This document shows positions 52,794-64,000 of a stretch of 64,000 nt of DNA, one piece after another; position 1 is the first letter of the stretch, and every line of letters starts with the position of its first letter. The stretch is taken from contig JAAOMT010000681.1 of assembly GCA_016748015.1 (NCBI GenBank), positions 9,605-73,604 on the forward strand. The letters are read 5' to 3'. A program made the position numbers and the translations under genes. The DNA is from Geosiphon pyriformis uo1. Taxonomy: Eukaryota; Fungi; Glomeromycota. The notes under the pieces are model-generated. The model saw only the letters and a list, made by a program, of their open reading frames with translations, was not told the DNA's origin and did no database searches.

Positions 52794-52979
52794 GTTTACA
52801 AATAAAGGTATGTCTGAAGAAATAATTGAAAATATAAAGGGAAAAAGAAGTAGGAAAAAAACTTTTTCTTCAGCAATATCTTGTTTTTGTTGTGACTGGA
52901 GGATCAACAAAAGAAAGATTTTTTTTTTTAAATTAATATTAAATAAAATTATATAATATGTAATAATAATAATAATATT

Positions 52980-54108
52980 GTACAATATTAATTTTTTGTT
53001 CAAATTAATATAAAATATGTTAACAAAATAAGTACTTATATTTGTTTTTGAAAGATTTGATAATGCCAATATCTATTAATTGAAAATTTGATGTAGTATT
53101 TGGAAAAAAATAGTGCAAAGTAATATTGGTCAATTGGAATGAATTTTCTTTGATTTAAGTATAATAAGAAATTGTATTATTAACCAAAAGTATTATATGC
53201 TGATTTTAAATTTAAAAGCCTTCATTTATATATTTGAGCCATGTTTTTTATATATCTAAATGCATTTATGCTTTGAAATTGAATTTGTAAATCACAAATA
53301 GGTTAGAAATATTAATTTCTTTAAAGCATTTTGGATTTTTTACATATCCAATTACTAAAGATTGCAATTTGTAAGATCCAGTTGAATTTGTTGCAAAAAA
53401 AATTGTAATCTGAGATTTATCTTATAAAAAACCCAATTAATTTAATATAATAATAATATATAATAATAACAATTGGTAAATATAATATACCAAATTTTTT
53501 TCTGCATTTCAACATTTTGCAAGTATTTAATTTGGTCCCATATAAAAAAATAATTCTGTTTCATAGTATTATATATGTTAGCATAATAAAATTCAAATAT
53601 AATGATTTTTAATTTTTTTAATTTTTTTGGTAAATTTTCAGTTGATACATTTTTTGCTTTACTATAAAGTTGGTAAATACATAACTGGTTTTATTTTTCG
53701 AACCTATCTATTTAAGAATTGTATTTCATTTTTATGTATATCAAGAAGTTTGACAAATTTTTTTTCTTTCTCTTTAATTAGTTAATCATTGAATTCAATA
53801 GTGGCTGTAGTTACTTGTTCTACTCAATAACTTAAAGCTTGGTCTAATAATAAAAATTTAATATTTTTGTGTCGAATAGATTTTTCTGAGATTTTATCAA
53901 TTTTAATATTCAACTACTTTATATGCTCTTTAATTATTTTGAAGACAATTGAACAAGATATATAAAGTTCTGGATATTTATAATAGAAATAAGCTACAAT
54001 ATCATCATGTTTTATGCCATAGTAATTTTTGGAATATTGACAACTTTCTTTATAAAAAACATTATTAACTATTGTTTATTTTTGTTTTTTAAATAAAAAT
54101 TTTGATAT
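52980..54108 (-). pseudogene. pogo transposase, N-terminal and DDE part
   Basis: CQYSKNYYGIKHDDIVAYF (HTH), IDRFEK*NQL, ETELFFYMGPN, DKSQITIFFATNSTGSYKLQSLVIG, TWLKYINEGF, LLVNN, FPNTTSNFQLIDIGIIKSFK. Confidence 0.85.
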
Positions 54109-55363
54109 TGTGATAATTTAGCAAAACTGTTAAAAATATGCCTATAACAATAATGTTAAATTTGGTTTTAACAAGCTTAAATTAAAATACAATAAGGGCT
54201 AAGTGGCTGTACATAAAAACAAACAAGATTAAAAAGAGTAAGTTTAATATAAATTGATTTAAAAAAAAGTTAAGATGCAATCTAGCATGTGATATTTGTT
54301 TTTATATGAAGGTAAATTTCAAATAAACTTTTAATAAAATTATGTTTTTGTTCATTTATAAATTGTTTTTATATAAAAAAAATTTGTTAATTAATCAATT
54401 GGTTCTATAAAATAATGTTCTTAGTAAAAGATTGTTCTTTTATCAAAGGTTTTTTTATAGAGATTTAACTGTATATTAAAAAATACTAAATTTTTTATAA
54501 AAATATTATTTCATATTTCTAAATTAATTAATAGATAAAATTATATTCAAACTTTTCTAATTTTTATTTATAATCAATTGTTATTATATGTTTAAGTAAT
54601 TTAATAAATTTTAATAAATTATAATTATATAAATAACAATAAAATAAAAAACAATAACAGTATTAATGCCTTATTTATTTGATTACAAAAAAAAGTATTA
54701 CTAAACTTTTTTATGTTAGTTTACTTAAAATAACTTTTAAATTATTTTTTAAACAACTAAAATAATTTTTTTTAAAATTATATTTAAAAAATTTAATATT
54801 TGAATACATTTTAACCAAATTAAAATTAAAAAGTCTATTTATTGTCAAAAAATACTAAAATATTTATGTAATTTATTTATTTTTATTATTAAGATAGGTA
54901 AATTACTAATACTTAAAAAAGCAGTCTTTATTTTTTGTTTAATTTAAATAGTTATAGTTTTATTATTGTTTATTAAAATATTATTAATCTCAAAAAATTT
55001 GCTTATAATATTTAGTATATATTAAATAAATGTTAGATTATTTTTAATAAATTATATTATCTATAAATTTTCTAGTTATTATATATAAAATTAAACTAAT
55101 TTAAACTTTAACTTTATTAATATTTATTTTATAACTGCGAAAATGTTTATGTTTTTTAATTTTACACAAAATAAATTATAAAAAAATCTTATTTTAATTC
55201 AGATTATTATAAATTTTATAGTCTTTTATTTTTTTTTTATTAACATTTAATGAGTAAAGCCCAAATATTACCTAGCATAATACATCAAACTAAGTGATCT
55301 AAACTAGACACAAATTATGTATTTTCTACACATGACCAGTTATTTAGACTAATCAAAGCAACA

Positions 55364-58300
55364 CTACGAATCTATCATAATAGATATTACATTCTCAAAA
55401 CCAGAAAAAAAACAGCAAGGTTTATGAAAACCAAAACAGACACCTATTGCCTCAGCAATCCTAAGCAACCTAACTACCTTAGCTGAAAGCAGAAACAACA
55501 GATCATGGGTTACAAAAAAAACAGAACCATCACAATTAATAAAACCATCTTTCTCTATAAAAGTTTTATATTTGGCTCTAATCACCCATATTTCAGCATG
55601 GTAGCAGCACCATTATTCCAAACAAAGTCAATAATAACCTTCTCTGTAGATTTAGCATTACCCAAAACAGAAACCACTTTCAGATACCAATTCCTAAATA
55701 AAAAGCCCTTGCTCAAAGTAGTGTACAGCACATCATCAGAAATGCACAAAAAGAGCACCTGCAAGATCCGAGACAAAGAAAGATCCAAATCAAACACAGT
55801 GTATTACTTAGCTAGATGGGAAACAAGCAGATTCTTATGAACATCAAAGTCAAAAGCATGCACAAAAAAGTGATCAAAGCTCTTTATCTCTCCACAATGA
55901 AAACACAAAACACTTGGATAATCTCTATCATACAAGTGCTTTCGCACAGCAACTGGCAGGTGGTAGTATAGAGCTTTCAAAAAATATGAACACAAACCAA
56001 CAGTAGACTTGCTAGTAAAACCAGCTATTATATGCAAGTCAGAGTGCCAAACCAAAGCAGTATAAATCCAATCCACATTACCAATTATATCACTGGCAAT
56101 AACAGCAGAACTGGGTCCAACTTCCCAACCAGCACAATTTACAGTTCTAAAAATATTCCGAGTAAAATACCAAACATTACCAGATACCACTACTCCATCA
56201 GCTTCAATGAAAATTTCTTTAATCAAAACAGGGAGCACCAAATTTGAACTTGCAGCTGAATCAGCCAATTTGTCAACATGTTCGTTACTCATAACACCCA
56301 AATGCTTTTTAACCTTATGCCAAGAAACACTAAGTCTTTATCTCTTGTTAGATTCACAATACCACATTACTCCATCCAGCAATGGTTATGAAAATCTGGA
56401 GAAGCCAAAACTGATTCAGCAGCACAAACATCTAAGGCAGCCTGACTGTCTGAATAAACCATAACAGAATTGTGAAAAAGAACATACTTTAAAGCTAAAG
56501 TGATTGCCTGCAATTCTGCCAAAGTGGACGAAACCAACTCAGTAACTTTGATGCCAATACCCAAATCCACATCTGAGAAATAAGCAGCTGCACCACATCT
56601 CATCTCCCATGTACCAAAATTTTTCAAAGATCTATCCATGTAAACCTCAATAACTTTTAAATTAGAAATGAGAAGACACTACTTCATTTGAAGAATACTA
56701 TTCACACAACCAACATTCAATGACTAGAGTTCAGCAACAGAGAGATCTTTGCAAAAGAAGAAGTGGGCCAGGAAACCACACACCAAATTGAACCAATAAG
56801 AAACTGGGCTCCTTGGGTCTAGTTTTTTCTAACAGCAAAAGCTTTTTCAGTCAAAGATTGTACTCCTCTTGATATACAGCTGTTCAATAAAAGCAACCCC
56901 AAATTTTTTAAGTGAGTGTAAAACTTCATAAAACAAATGATCTCCCAGAACTGAAGACATGGGTGTCTCACCAGAAAAATAGAATGCCAAGTGAGAAAAG
57001 TTCCCAAAAGACACATCACAATTCAAAAAATTTTTTACAACACTAGCCAAAAAATTGTTGACCAGACTAACATGCAATCTTACTGGGTGACATAAAAAGT
57101 GAACAGGCAACCAACTCAAAATCTGTAGATCAAGAGACCTATGAATAAACAAGTGATCCAGAATCCCACCAGTATTTGAGAAACTCAACACAAAAGCCAA
57201 TTTGCACTTGGCCTGCAACTGCTCAAAAGATTTCAGACTGTACAAAAATGGATAATAAAGAGTCTCATTAGAAAAATCTTTTGGTAGTCCAGTCTTAAGT
57301 CTTAAACCTTTTCTAATCAATGTGTCCCACTTAATGCACACACTTTTAGAAAAAAAACTAAACTGAGATCTATAACTGACAATAAATTGCAACACAGCTG
57401 AAACCAAATAGAGAAACGATTTGTCTGAAATAGTCTTCTTCAGAACCAAATTAACAAAGAACCTAACATCTGAATGAGCCTTCACCAAACTGAGTTTGAA
57501 CAAACCCTCAGATAACAAATAAATTCCAAGATATCTATAAGACTCCCTTCTATGAGCAATTGAAATTGGCAAACCATTTATCAATAATGATGCTTCTTCC
57601 ACCCTTCTGTTGATAAGAATAGTCACAGTCTTTTCATTATTAATAGAGATATTGTTTATACTGAAAAATTTACTTACAATGTCCAAAATATACTGAGTGG
57701 CAGCCTGACTACTTCCCACTCAAATCATGTTATCAACAAAAGCACCAGCTGCCAAAAACAAATTCAAACCACTATGAATCTTTAACCTGCCAGTTTTAGC
57801 AACAAATCTGGAGTCAATATGGTATTTACACAAACTTTTCTGTCTCTTAACTTCACATAAAAAAAGATCATAGAAGATTCTCCACAGCAGGGAAAAAATA
57901 CCTCATCCTGGTTAAGACCATCATGCATCCAGTATCCATTAGTTAGGCTAAAATTAGTCATAACATGATTGACACAATCATTGTGAATACTCCCAAAGAA
58001 TCTGATGAAACAATCACATATCTTAATCCAAACTAAACTATTTTATAAATGGTACCAACTCACAGAGTCATAGACCTTCTGCATATCCTGTAAAACAAGC
58101 CAAAGCTCACAATTTTTTTTCAAAGCATCTTTAATAACTGAGCCAATGGCAAAAATAAAAGACTGGGTGGTAGTGCCCTTAAGCTCAGAGAAATTGTCAC
58201 CATGAAAAACATCAAATACACTGCATGCTAATGAAATTCTATCAGAAAATAACTTAGAGAGAATCTTGCAAGCAGTCTTAATCAAAGCAATCAGTCTAGT

Positions 58301-60039
58301 ATTGGTCAGAACACTCTTTTACTCATAAGACTTAGAAATTATAGACACCCAAGCTTTCTTTTAGCATTAGAGTACAGACTTACAAACCAGACAGAGATTC
58401 AATAGATCCAACAACATATCAAGCACAGAACCATCACAATGCTTCCAAAGTTTATTTGTAATACCAGACAAACCAGCTGCTTTGCTGTCTAACAGATCTT
58501 TGACCACATGTGCCAAATTTTCAAAGCTAATAGTATTTATCACACTAAAAAAAGCATCATTGTTGACATAATTCAATGGCAGATATTGACACTGTCATAA
58601 ATCAGGAATATATGACACCACCTTCTTCTTTGTCCAACCTTCCATAATCTTGTTAACATTATTTTTAATGTCAACTGGGTCCACAATTAAACTACTATTA
58701 AAAACCAAGTGGTTTAGCACCACTTTCCGAAAAAGACATTCCAAAACACTATGGATTGTGTGACCTTTGTTGACTGTAAAACTTTCCATCTGCTTTTTAA
58801 TAGCAGATTGAATGTCCAACTTTTTGGCATGTAAAGACTCAGCCAGTTTGAATGCATGATAAGATTTTCTCACACCAAAGAGAGCAGAATGTATATAATT
58901 AGAGTTTGCATCAGAGCTAATAAGAACCTAAATAACAGACACCTTGTCAGCATCCAAAGTGTTTCAATGTTTCAAAATGGAGAGAAACCTGTCAGGCACC
59001 ACTTTATGAGAAGCTTTGACCAACCTCAAAACCAAAACTTCCAGTTTGTAAAACCTAGATAACTCCTTAGTGAAAACTTTATTATAGCTCTTAAACCATT
59101 TTTTTTGAAAACACCACTAGCTAAAAGAGATACCACCTTGCGAATAATGTCCCACATAGCTTCCAGATCCGAATACTTCTTAGATATGGCAAACTCATCA
59201 AAAAACATAGTGGCATTGGCCATCATAGCATCCTTGAACTCATTCTATATAATTTCATTAGTATTATTAATATCAAATTTCCAGTGAGCCCTGTTTGCCT
59301 GTTTGCGTAAAGTGTTTAATTGCACATTTAAAAGTTTGCCTAAACCTATGGATACAAAAACAGCATGATAATCAGTATTAAAGTGCTTGCTAACATTTAA
59401 AACATCACAGCACAGAATCGCATTGACCAAACTTGAAAAAACAAGAATGTAGTCAATTGTTTTAATGACACTCTTTGAATTTTCTCATGTAGGCATTTTG
59501 GCCACTGAGCTTTCAGCTAAAAAATTAACCAGACCCAAACTGAAACACTTTTTAAAACTTGCACACTTGTGAGAATCATCTTCATTGAAGTTATTGCTAA
59601 GAACAGCAAAAGTGGACTTATTTGTAGCTTTGGCAATAAAAAAGTTAACAGCATCAGCTTGGGAGAAATGAACTGCAAAAGAAGTGACAACATAGAGTCC
59701 CAGAATCGAAACAGAAAGTCTATTTTTAAAGAGCAACTTGACAGAGATAAGACAACTAAGTACCTTAGAAACCTTACTCATATGCCTTGCCAAAAACTTG
59801 TTCATAATTATAACAACACCTGAACCCAAGTAACCAGAGTCTAAACCCAAGATAAACACTTAAATACCATTGAATTTGTTGACAATTTATAGGTGTATCT
59901 TTTCTTTCAGCTTTGTTTCCATAAAAATTGAAACCAGATTGTCCATGTTTTTATGCCAATATACAATATTATCTTGTTTAGCTGGATTGTTCATTCCTCT
60001 AACATTGCATGTAGCAATTTTCCAAACTAGATCACTTAT
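55364..60039 (-). pseudogene. LINE copy 3 ORF2 (APE-RT-RNase H-zinc finger)
   Basis: LVWKIATCNVRGMNN, METKLK, LQDMQKVYDSV, AGAFVDN, YRYLGIY, YSDSQAAL, CFHC..DH. Confidence 0.9.
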
Positions 60040-61831
60040 TGAGATGGAGAAGAAGTTAACAAACCCAAACCAGAGCACAAAGAATCTAATCTTGCCAAAA
60101 CCAAACCAACCAAAACTTTCAAAGCCATTATCTTCAATTTCAAACCACCCACTTTAGTAGTAAGAACTTTTGAACTGCTCAAACTCAGATTAGAAGTAGC
60201 ATTATTAACCACAAGAAGAGAAGAAGAAGAAGGCACTACTATGCTATCCACAACCATATCCGAGCTCAAAGCTGAGTCCAAAGGAGCAGCAACAACAGGA
60301 GAAAGCACATGAAATGAAGACAACATTGGCACCAAATCCACAAAGCTCAGTTTCTTCAGAATTTCAGAAACTTGGTCTGACAAAAGCTCCAAGGAGTGCT
60401 CCAAAAAAGCCATGCAATTAGCTAAACTGGAATTATCAAGAGGGTTGGAAACTAACACCAAAAATTTCATGCTTAAAAGTGAACCAGCACCAGAAAAAAC
60501 TGACAAGACCACATGAAAGAGAACTACCTGCAATCTGAGCCTAAGTTTTTTTACCAAAAGATATTGGGTGGGCAACTGAAGCCTATTTTTTCTTATAAAT
60601 ATTAGCCAAACAGATCTAATTTTGAGAAGACACCACCCACTTATGACAAATTCCAGAATTCCCACCAACTAAACATACATTAAAGATATGACCAAATTGT
60701 TTACACTTGGCACAGCAAGCCAAAGAAAGACCAGTTCAGTGCAAATTTACATTCTTATAAACTGGAACAGAACCAATGGCAGCCAATTTGAATGCCTTAC
60801 TATCAAAACAGAACACTGCACATCTACCACAAGCATATAAACTAGGATTGTGACCAATAAAGCAAGTTTTTTTACCATAAAAATTCACCAAACCTGACAG
60901 ATCATGAGCAGTAGTGCCAACTAGAAATGTGTACAACAAAGCCTAATAATGATTTTTGGCTACCCACGATTCCTTGTAATTTAATGCTAATACAACATGA
61001 ACAGAATTTTTACCCACAAGAACTGACCATTTGGAAACAACTAAGCTAGCCACATCTGATAACTCAAATTTCACTAGCACTTTTTGCCATAGCCCAATCA
61101 GTTGTATTCTAATCGAAATCACCTGACCAAATTTAGAGAAAACTGACTTAATCACCAATTTGAGGAGCTCTACTGGGATTTTTTTAACAATCATCTCCTG
61201 ATTTGAATGGCTGTTTATCTTTCTCAGATCATTATTAACAAAAATTTTCTCACAGATTGCCAATTTCTTTGCCTTTTTTATACTAAACTCAGATGTAAAT
61301 AAAGCTCTAATGATCTCTGAGAATTTTGAGAGAGTTGATGTCCTCCCCAAAATCATCAATTCAATAAAAAATTTTTTTAATTGCAATTAACTTATTATCA
61401 TTTGTTTTTTCAAGCACAACAGACAACTTAACATCTAATGCAAATAATTTTACTGACTTAAAGCTTCTTTTTTTTAGAACACATGACTTGGCACTTGGCA
61501 GCCAATTGGAATCTGGAAACTTGAGAGACTGGAGCTCTAAAATGTCATAGACGTTACTTATATAATTGAAAGAAGATTTTCTCGGCAGTTATCCCAGAAC
61601 ATATGTCCTTGTCTGTGTTTTTTTTGAAGTCATATTATCCACTATATTATCAGCTTCAGAATCATCAGAACCCATGTAACTTGTTTCCTCTGCCACCATG
61701 TTGGTCATGTTTTCCAAGTCAGACACCCCATTAACACTAGCATCTTTACTCTCTATTTTGCTACTCCAAGACACCTTGTGTTCCAGATTGCCAGCTTGTA
61801 AAACATTGTCAAAAATAAGACCAGTTGACAA
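60036..61831 (-). pseudogene. LINE copy 3 ORF1 (5'-incomplete)
   Basis: VAEETSY, IQLIGLWQK, CAKCKQFGHIFNVC knuckle, ends SPSQ*. Confidence 0.82.
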
Positions 61832-62027
61832 TGTTACAGGTAATTATTTCTGTTGTTGAACTAAATAACAAACCCATAACTTGGTATTTGACAGCTACTT
61901 CCTTTGATGATGTTCTGAAAGTGTTGTATCTGAAGGTTTTGATGGAGTCTTTTGTATAACAAACAGAGATTCAATGGTGTCAATAGTAGATGTATCTTTC
62001 CAAAAGTTTTCCCAATTTCTTTCTCAA

Positions 62028-62038
62028 CATGGTGGCCA
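62028..62038 (-). other. Candidate primer-binding site (TGGCCACCATG, close to the tRNA-Arg-type TGGCGACCACG)
   Basis: TGG begins 1 nt after the LTR-terminal CA. The tRNA identity is an inference. Confidence 0.5.
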
Positions 62039-62039
62039 G

Positions 62040-63021
62040 TGTTACCGGAGGTTTTTGGTCTTTTTTCTTAAATGTTGGTAATGTTGATTTGCTGTGAATT
62101 CACGTTTTCAGGAAGTAGTTGAACCTTCAATAACTGAATTTATCTTCAAATTATCTCCTATAATTTGAACTGCTGGGCTTATAAGTGGAATGGCCAATTT
62201 CTTGCCAGTTACTTTATGTAGTTACATTGTAGTAAACATCAACTCTTTCCCAGGAATTGCTCGTCTGGAAGCTCACTAAAAATGTGTAGTTACTTTGCTG
62301 TAAAAGTCAACTCTTCTACAGGAATCTTGTCTGTAGGCTACCCTAATGATTATAGTAAGAAAAATAAAAGAAAATAAAAGAAATGTAAAAGAAATAGAAT
62401 TTTTGTTAAGAAAAACATTTTCTATCCAGACCTGAAGTTACTAACAGTTTACTGAAATTGGTAGCTAATCAATTTCAAAATGTTTAGTTGGGTTTTGGGA
62501 ATTTTTCAAGTACAATAATTAAAGAATTTGGTTTTTTTGAATTATTTGATATTTTTTTTTTTTTGTGTATATAGGAACGGTTTTAAGAGATAAATCTAAA
62601 GTAAGATATATTTTCTCGAAGAGAGAAACTCTTCTTTTATACAACTTGTCATAACACTATTCTATGAACTTAAACTTTGCTATTTTCTACAATTTTGCTG
62701 AACTAAAGATACATTTCGGCAAACTACAAGTTATTTTTGCAAACTATTAGATATTTCAGTAAACTATCAATTATTTTGGCAAATTTCTATAAATTTTGGC
62801 AAACTTTTGAATGTTACATAGTTCAGGGTATTGCATAATTGATCATCGCAATTAGGTTACATTTGTTTTGTGTACAATTTGGGTTATTAATTAAATGATA
62901 ATTTCGGACATTTTTGCTAATGTAATAAGTGATAATTTGAAATGATAATATATGCTAATTAATGATAGAAATTATAAGATAATTTCATGCTAAATAATAT
63001 CTCTAATTTTGTCTGGTAACA
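62040..63021 (-). repeat. Long terminal repeat (982 bp)
   Basis: TGTTACCAGA...TCCGGTAACA (10-bp terminal inverted repeat, 1 mismatch). Both ends coincide with the solo LTR at 3335-4294, and the 3' end with the fragment at 12895. Confidence 0.88.
62692..62805. promoter_or_regulatory. Six-copy motif array (ATTTYRGCAAACT-like) with 20-bp period in the LTR 5' (U3-side) region
   Basis: AAACT/AAATT cores at 62721, 62741, 62761, 62781 and 62801, plus GAACT at 62700. The same phased array occurs in the solo LTR at 3541-3654. Regulatory role inferred. Confidence 0.6.
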
Positions 63022-63709
63022 TAATCTTCTTCTCAAGACTGAGCTCCGTCGAAGTCCAAGTACTGTTTGTTATTTCCAGATAATAATCCAAAATTATTAA
63101 AGAAATTTGGTCTGAAAATTGTTGAAATTTCAGTTCTGTGAGCTTTCTAATGTATTGAATCTTCAAAGGTTGAAAAATTGGGTTTTGTAGTACATTTTCA
63201 CAGGTGTGAAATAGGTCATAAAGTCTAAGAGCAGCTCTGAGCCTGTAGTAACTGTTTGTTGATCCAGCTGTTGTCTTGAATTCGTTGTGGAATTGTTTCT
63301 GAATAGCTTTTTTTGCGAGGTTTGCTGTTGTAAGTTCCAGTTTCTGTTCGTAGAGTGTTTTTCCAATGTGAAAATATCTATAGATTGGAGGATATTCAGT
63401 GTTTTTTTCATTGAGACACAGTTGAAGTTTTTGTTGAATTGTAGCATTTGGTGGAATACTAATCAGAATGAGCATTAGATTTTCTCTTAAAGCAAGTTTT
63501 AAAAGTTCTGGCAGGTGAATTCCAGTATAACTTCTTGTGTTCTTCTTATACGGGTAATATTTTCATGAATTTGGGGCTAAATTTGTAACTACTTCTATTT
63601 GGGTATAATTAATGTGGTTTCCAGTAACAGTAATAGATAATTCGGGTATTGTTTTTAAAGCTAACATTAGTTTTTGGGATAATTGTTGAATGTTTTGAGG
63701 AATAGTCAT
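62990..63709 (-). CDS. Extra ORF3 (~239 aa, one premature TGA at 63563-63565) between gypsy integrase and 3' LTR; unknown function
   Basis: ATG 63709 (MTIPQNIQQLSQKL...) is in frame with ORF 63475-62990 (YRYFHIGK...RAALRLYDLF...IQYIRKL). The single stop could be CGA>TGA. Confidence 0.7.
63025..63034 (-). other. Polypurine tract
   Basis: GAGAAGAAGA, followed by TTA and the LTR start TGTTAC. Confidence 0.6.
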
Positions 63710-63830
63710 TATAAGTGATTTGAAATAAAAAAAAATTATTTTTGGTGCATGGGTTTTTATGTTATTTTTGTTTTGTTTTTGTGAGATTGTTTCTAAATTA
63801 TAAGAAGATAACTATAATAATAAATTTAAA

Positions 63831-64000
63831 TTAAGTGTTCAAGTTGTGAGGCTGTTCAATGACAACTATTGATTCTAAATTTCGGGGAATGTCTTCAGGA
63901 TTGATTAAAGGGGAATGTATACCAATTTGTGGAATTAATGGTTCAAGATTGTTTCTGGAATTATAGTGTTTCAAACAATCTCCATGTGCAATTTTTGCTA
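63831..64000 (-). CDS. C-terminus of Ty3/gypsy pol (integrase GPY/F-module tail), partial
   Basis: AKIAHGDCLKHYNSRNNLEP...HNLNT* matches the HxxRLKxY end of gypsy integrases. No chromodomain follows. Confidence 0.7.
   Translation of the reverse strand, partial: AKIAHGDCLKHYNSRNNLEPLIPQIGIHSPLINPEDIPRNLESIVVIEQPHNLNT

Larger units (their letters stand above)
46006..52928 (-). mobile_element. Full-length LINE copy 2, inactivated
   Basis: Same ORF1/ORF2 architecture. Poly(A) at ~46006-46013. 12-bp TSD TAAATTAATATT at 45994-46005 and 52929-52940. A10 tract at the 5' junction (52919-52928). Confidence 0.93.
45328..54471 (-). mobile_element. pogo/Tigger-type DNA transposon (~2.2 kb) split by LINE copy 2
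   Basis: 23-bp TIRs TAGTCAGACCTCTATAAAAGAAC (45328) and reverse-complement CAGTTAAATCTCTATAAAAAAAC (ends 54471). The 5 mismatches are all transitions. TA on both sides. Transposase halves on either side of the LINE. Confidence 0.85.
55229..61831 (-). mobile_element. LINE copy 3, lacking ~0.3 kb of its 5' end in this window
   Basis: Poly(A) at 55229-55238, conserved 3'UTR, ORF2 and most of ORF1. Homology to copy 2 stops abruptly at 61831 against gypsy sequence. No TSD found. Confidence 0.9.
61832..64000 (-). mobile_element. Ty3/gypsy LTR retrotransposon, 3' portion (integrase end, ORF3, PPT, LTR, then PBS and ~200 bp of a second internal unit)
   Basis: See sub-features. Retains many CpGs, so it is younger than the other repeats. 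Continues beyond the window end. Confidence 0.85.

Noticed and set aside
52128-53069. 313-aa ORF as a single gene
   Set aside because: Chance read-through across pogo DNA (wrong frame), the TSD, the A-tract and the LINE 5'UTR into ORF1.
46276-60157. Numerous plus-strand ORFs antisense to LINE copies 2 and 3 (and minus-strand ORFs in copy 1)
   Set aside because: Short, not conserved in position between copies, and explained by strand compositional bias of the LINE coding sequence.
62692-62805. CRISPR-like repeat/spacer array
   Set aside because: Repeat 13 bp and spacer 7 bp are far too short; eukaryotic LTR context; no cas genes.
61832-63021. A 1190-bp LTR (TGTTAC...GTAACA at 61832)
   Set aside because: Two other copies end at the 62040 equivalent, which also has the better inverted terminus and a PBS-like motif. 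The 61832 end is kept only as a possible cryptic site.
1-64000. tRNA/rRNA genes, organellar or prokaryotic origin
   Set aside because: No cloverleaf or rRNA-like segment seen. Spliceosomal introns, LINEs and gypsy elements indicate a nuclear eukaryotic locus.

Overview
Extremely AT-rich eukaryotic (fungal) DNA. The spliceosomal introns, kelch and SEL1 gene-family relics and the TE families are consistent with a Glomeromycotina/Geosiphon-like genome (inference). The only apparently intact host gene is at the left edge: a minus-strand, intron-containing coiled-coil gene running off the window. The rest is a nested transposon graveyard. It contains three diverged ~6.6-6.9 kb LINE copies (ORF1 with CCHC; ORF2 with APE, RT-FVDD, RNase H and zinc finger). 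It contains two pogo/Tigger-type DNA transposons with recoverable TIRs, one carrying ~2.3 kb of extra coding-like cargo and one split by a LINE. There is a Tc1 remnant and a near-erased Ty3/gypsy pol. A younger Ty3/gypsy family appears as a solo LTR, a half LTR and the 3' end of an element with an extra ORF between integrase and LTR. Kelch-repeat and SEL1-repeat pseudogenes are also present. The main signals are: (i) almost purely C>T/G>A decay of repeats, including non-CpG sites, reaching saturation (RIP-like); (ii) the unexplained gypsy ORF3; (iii) A-tracts inside the TSD at LINE 5' ends; (iv) a conserved AUGA ORF1/ORF2 overlap and a structured LINE 3'UTR; (v) an exactly 20-bp-phased motif array in the LTR. 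All translations and alignments were done by eye, so boundaries of degenerate elements are approximate.
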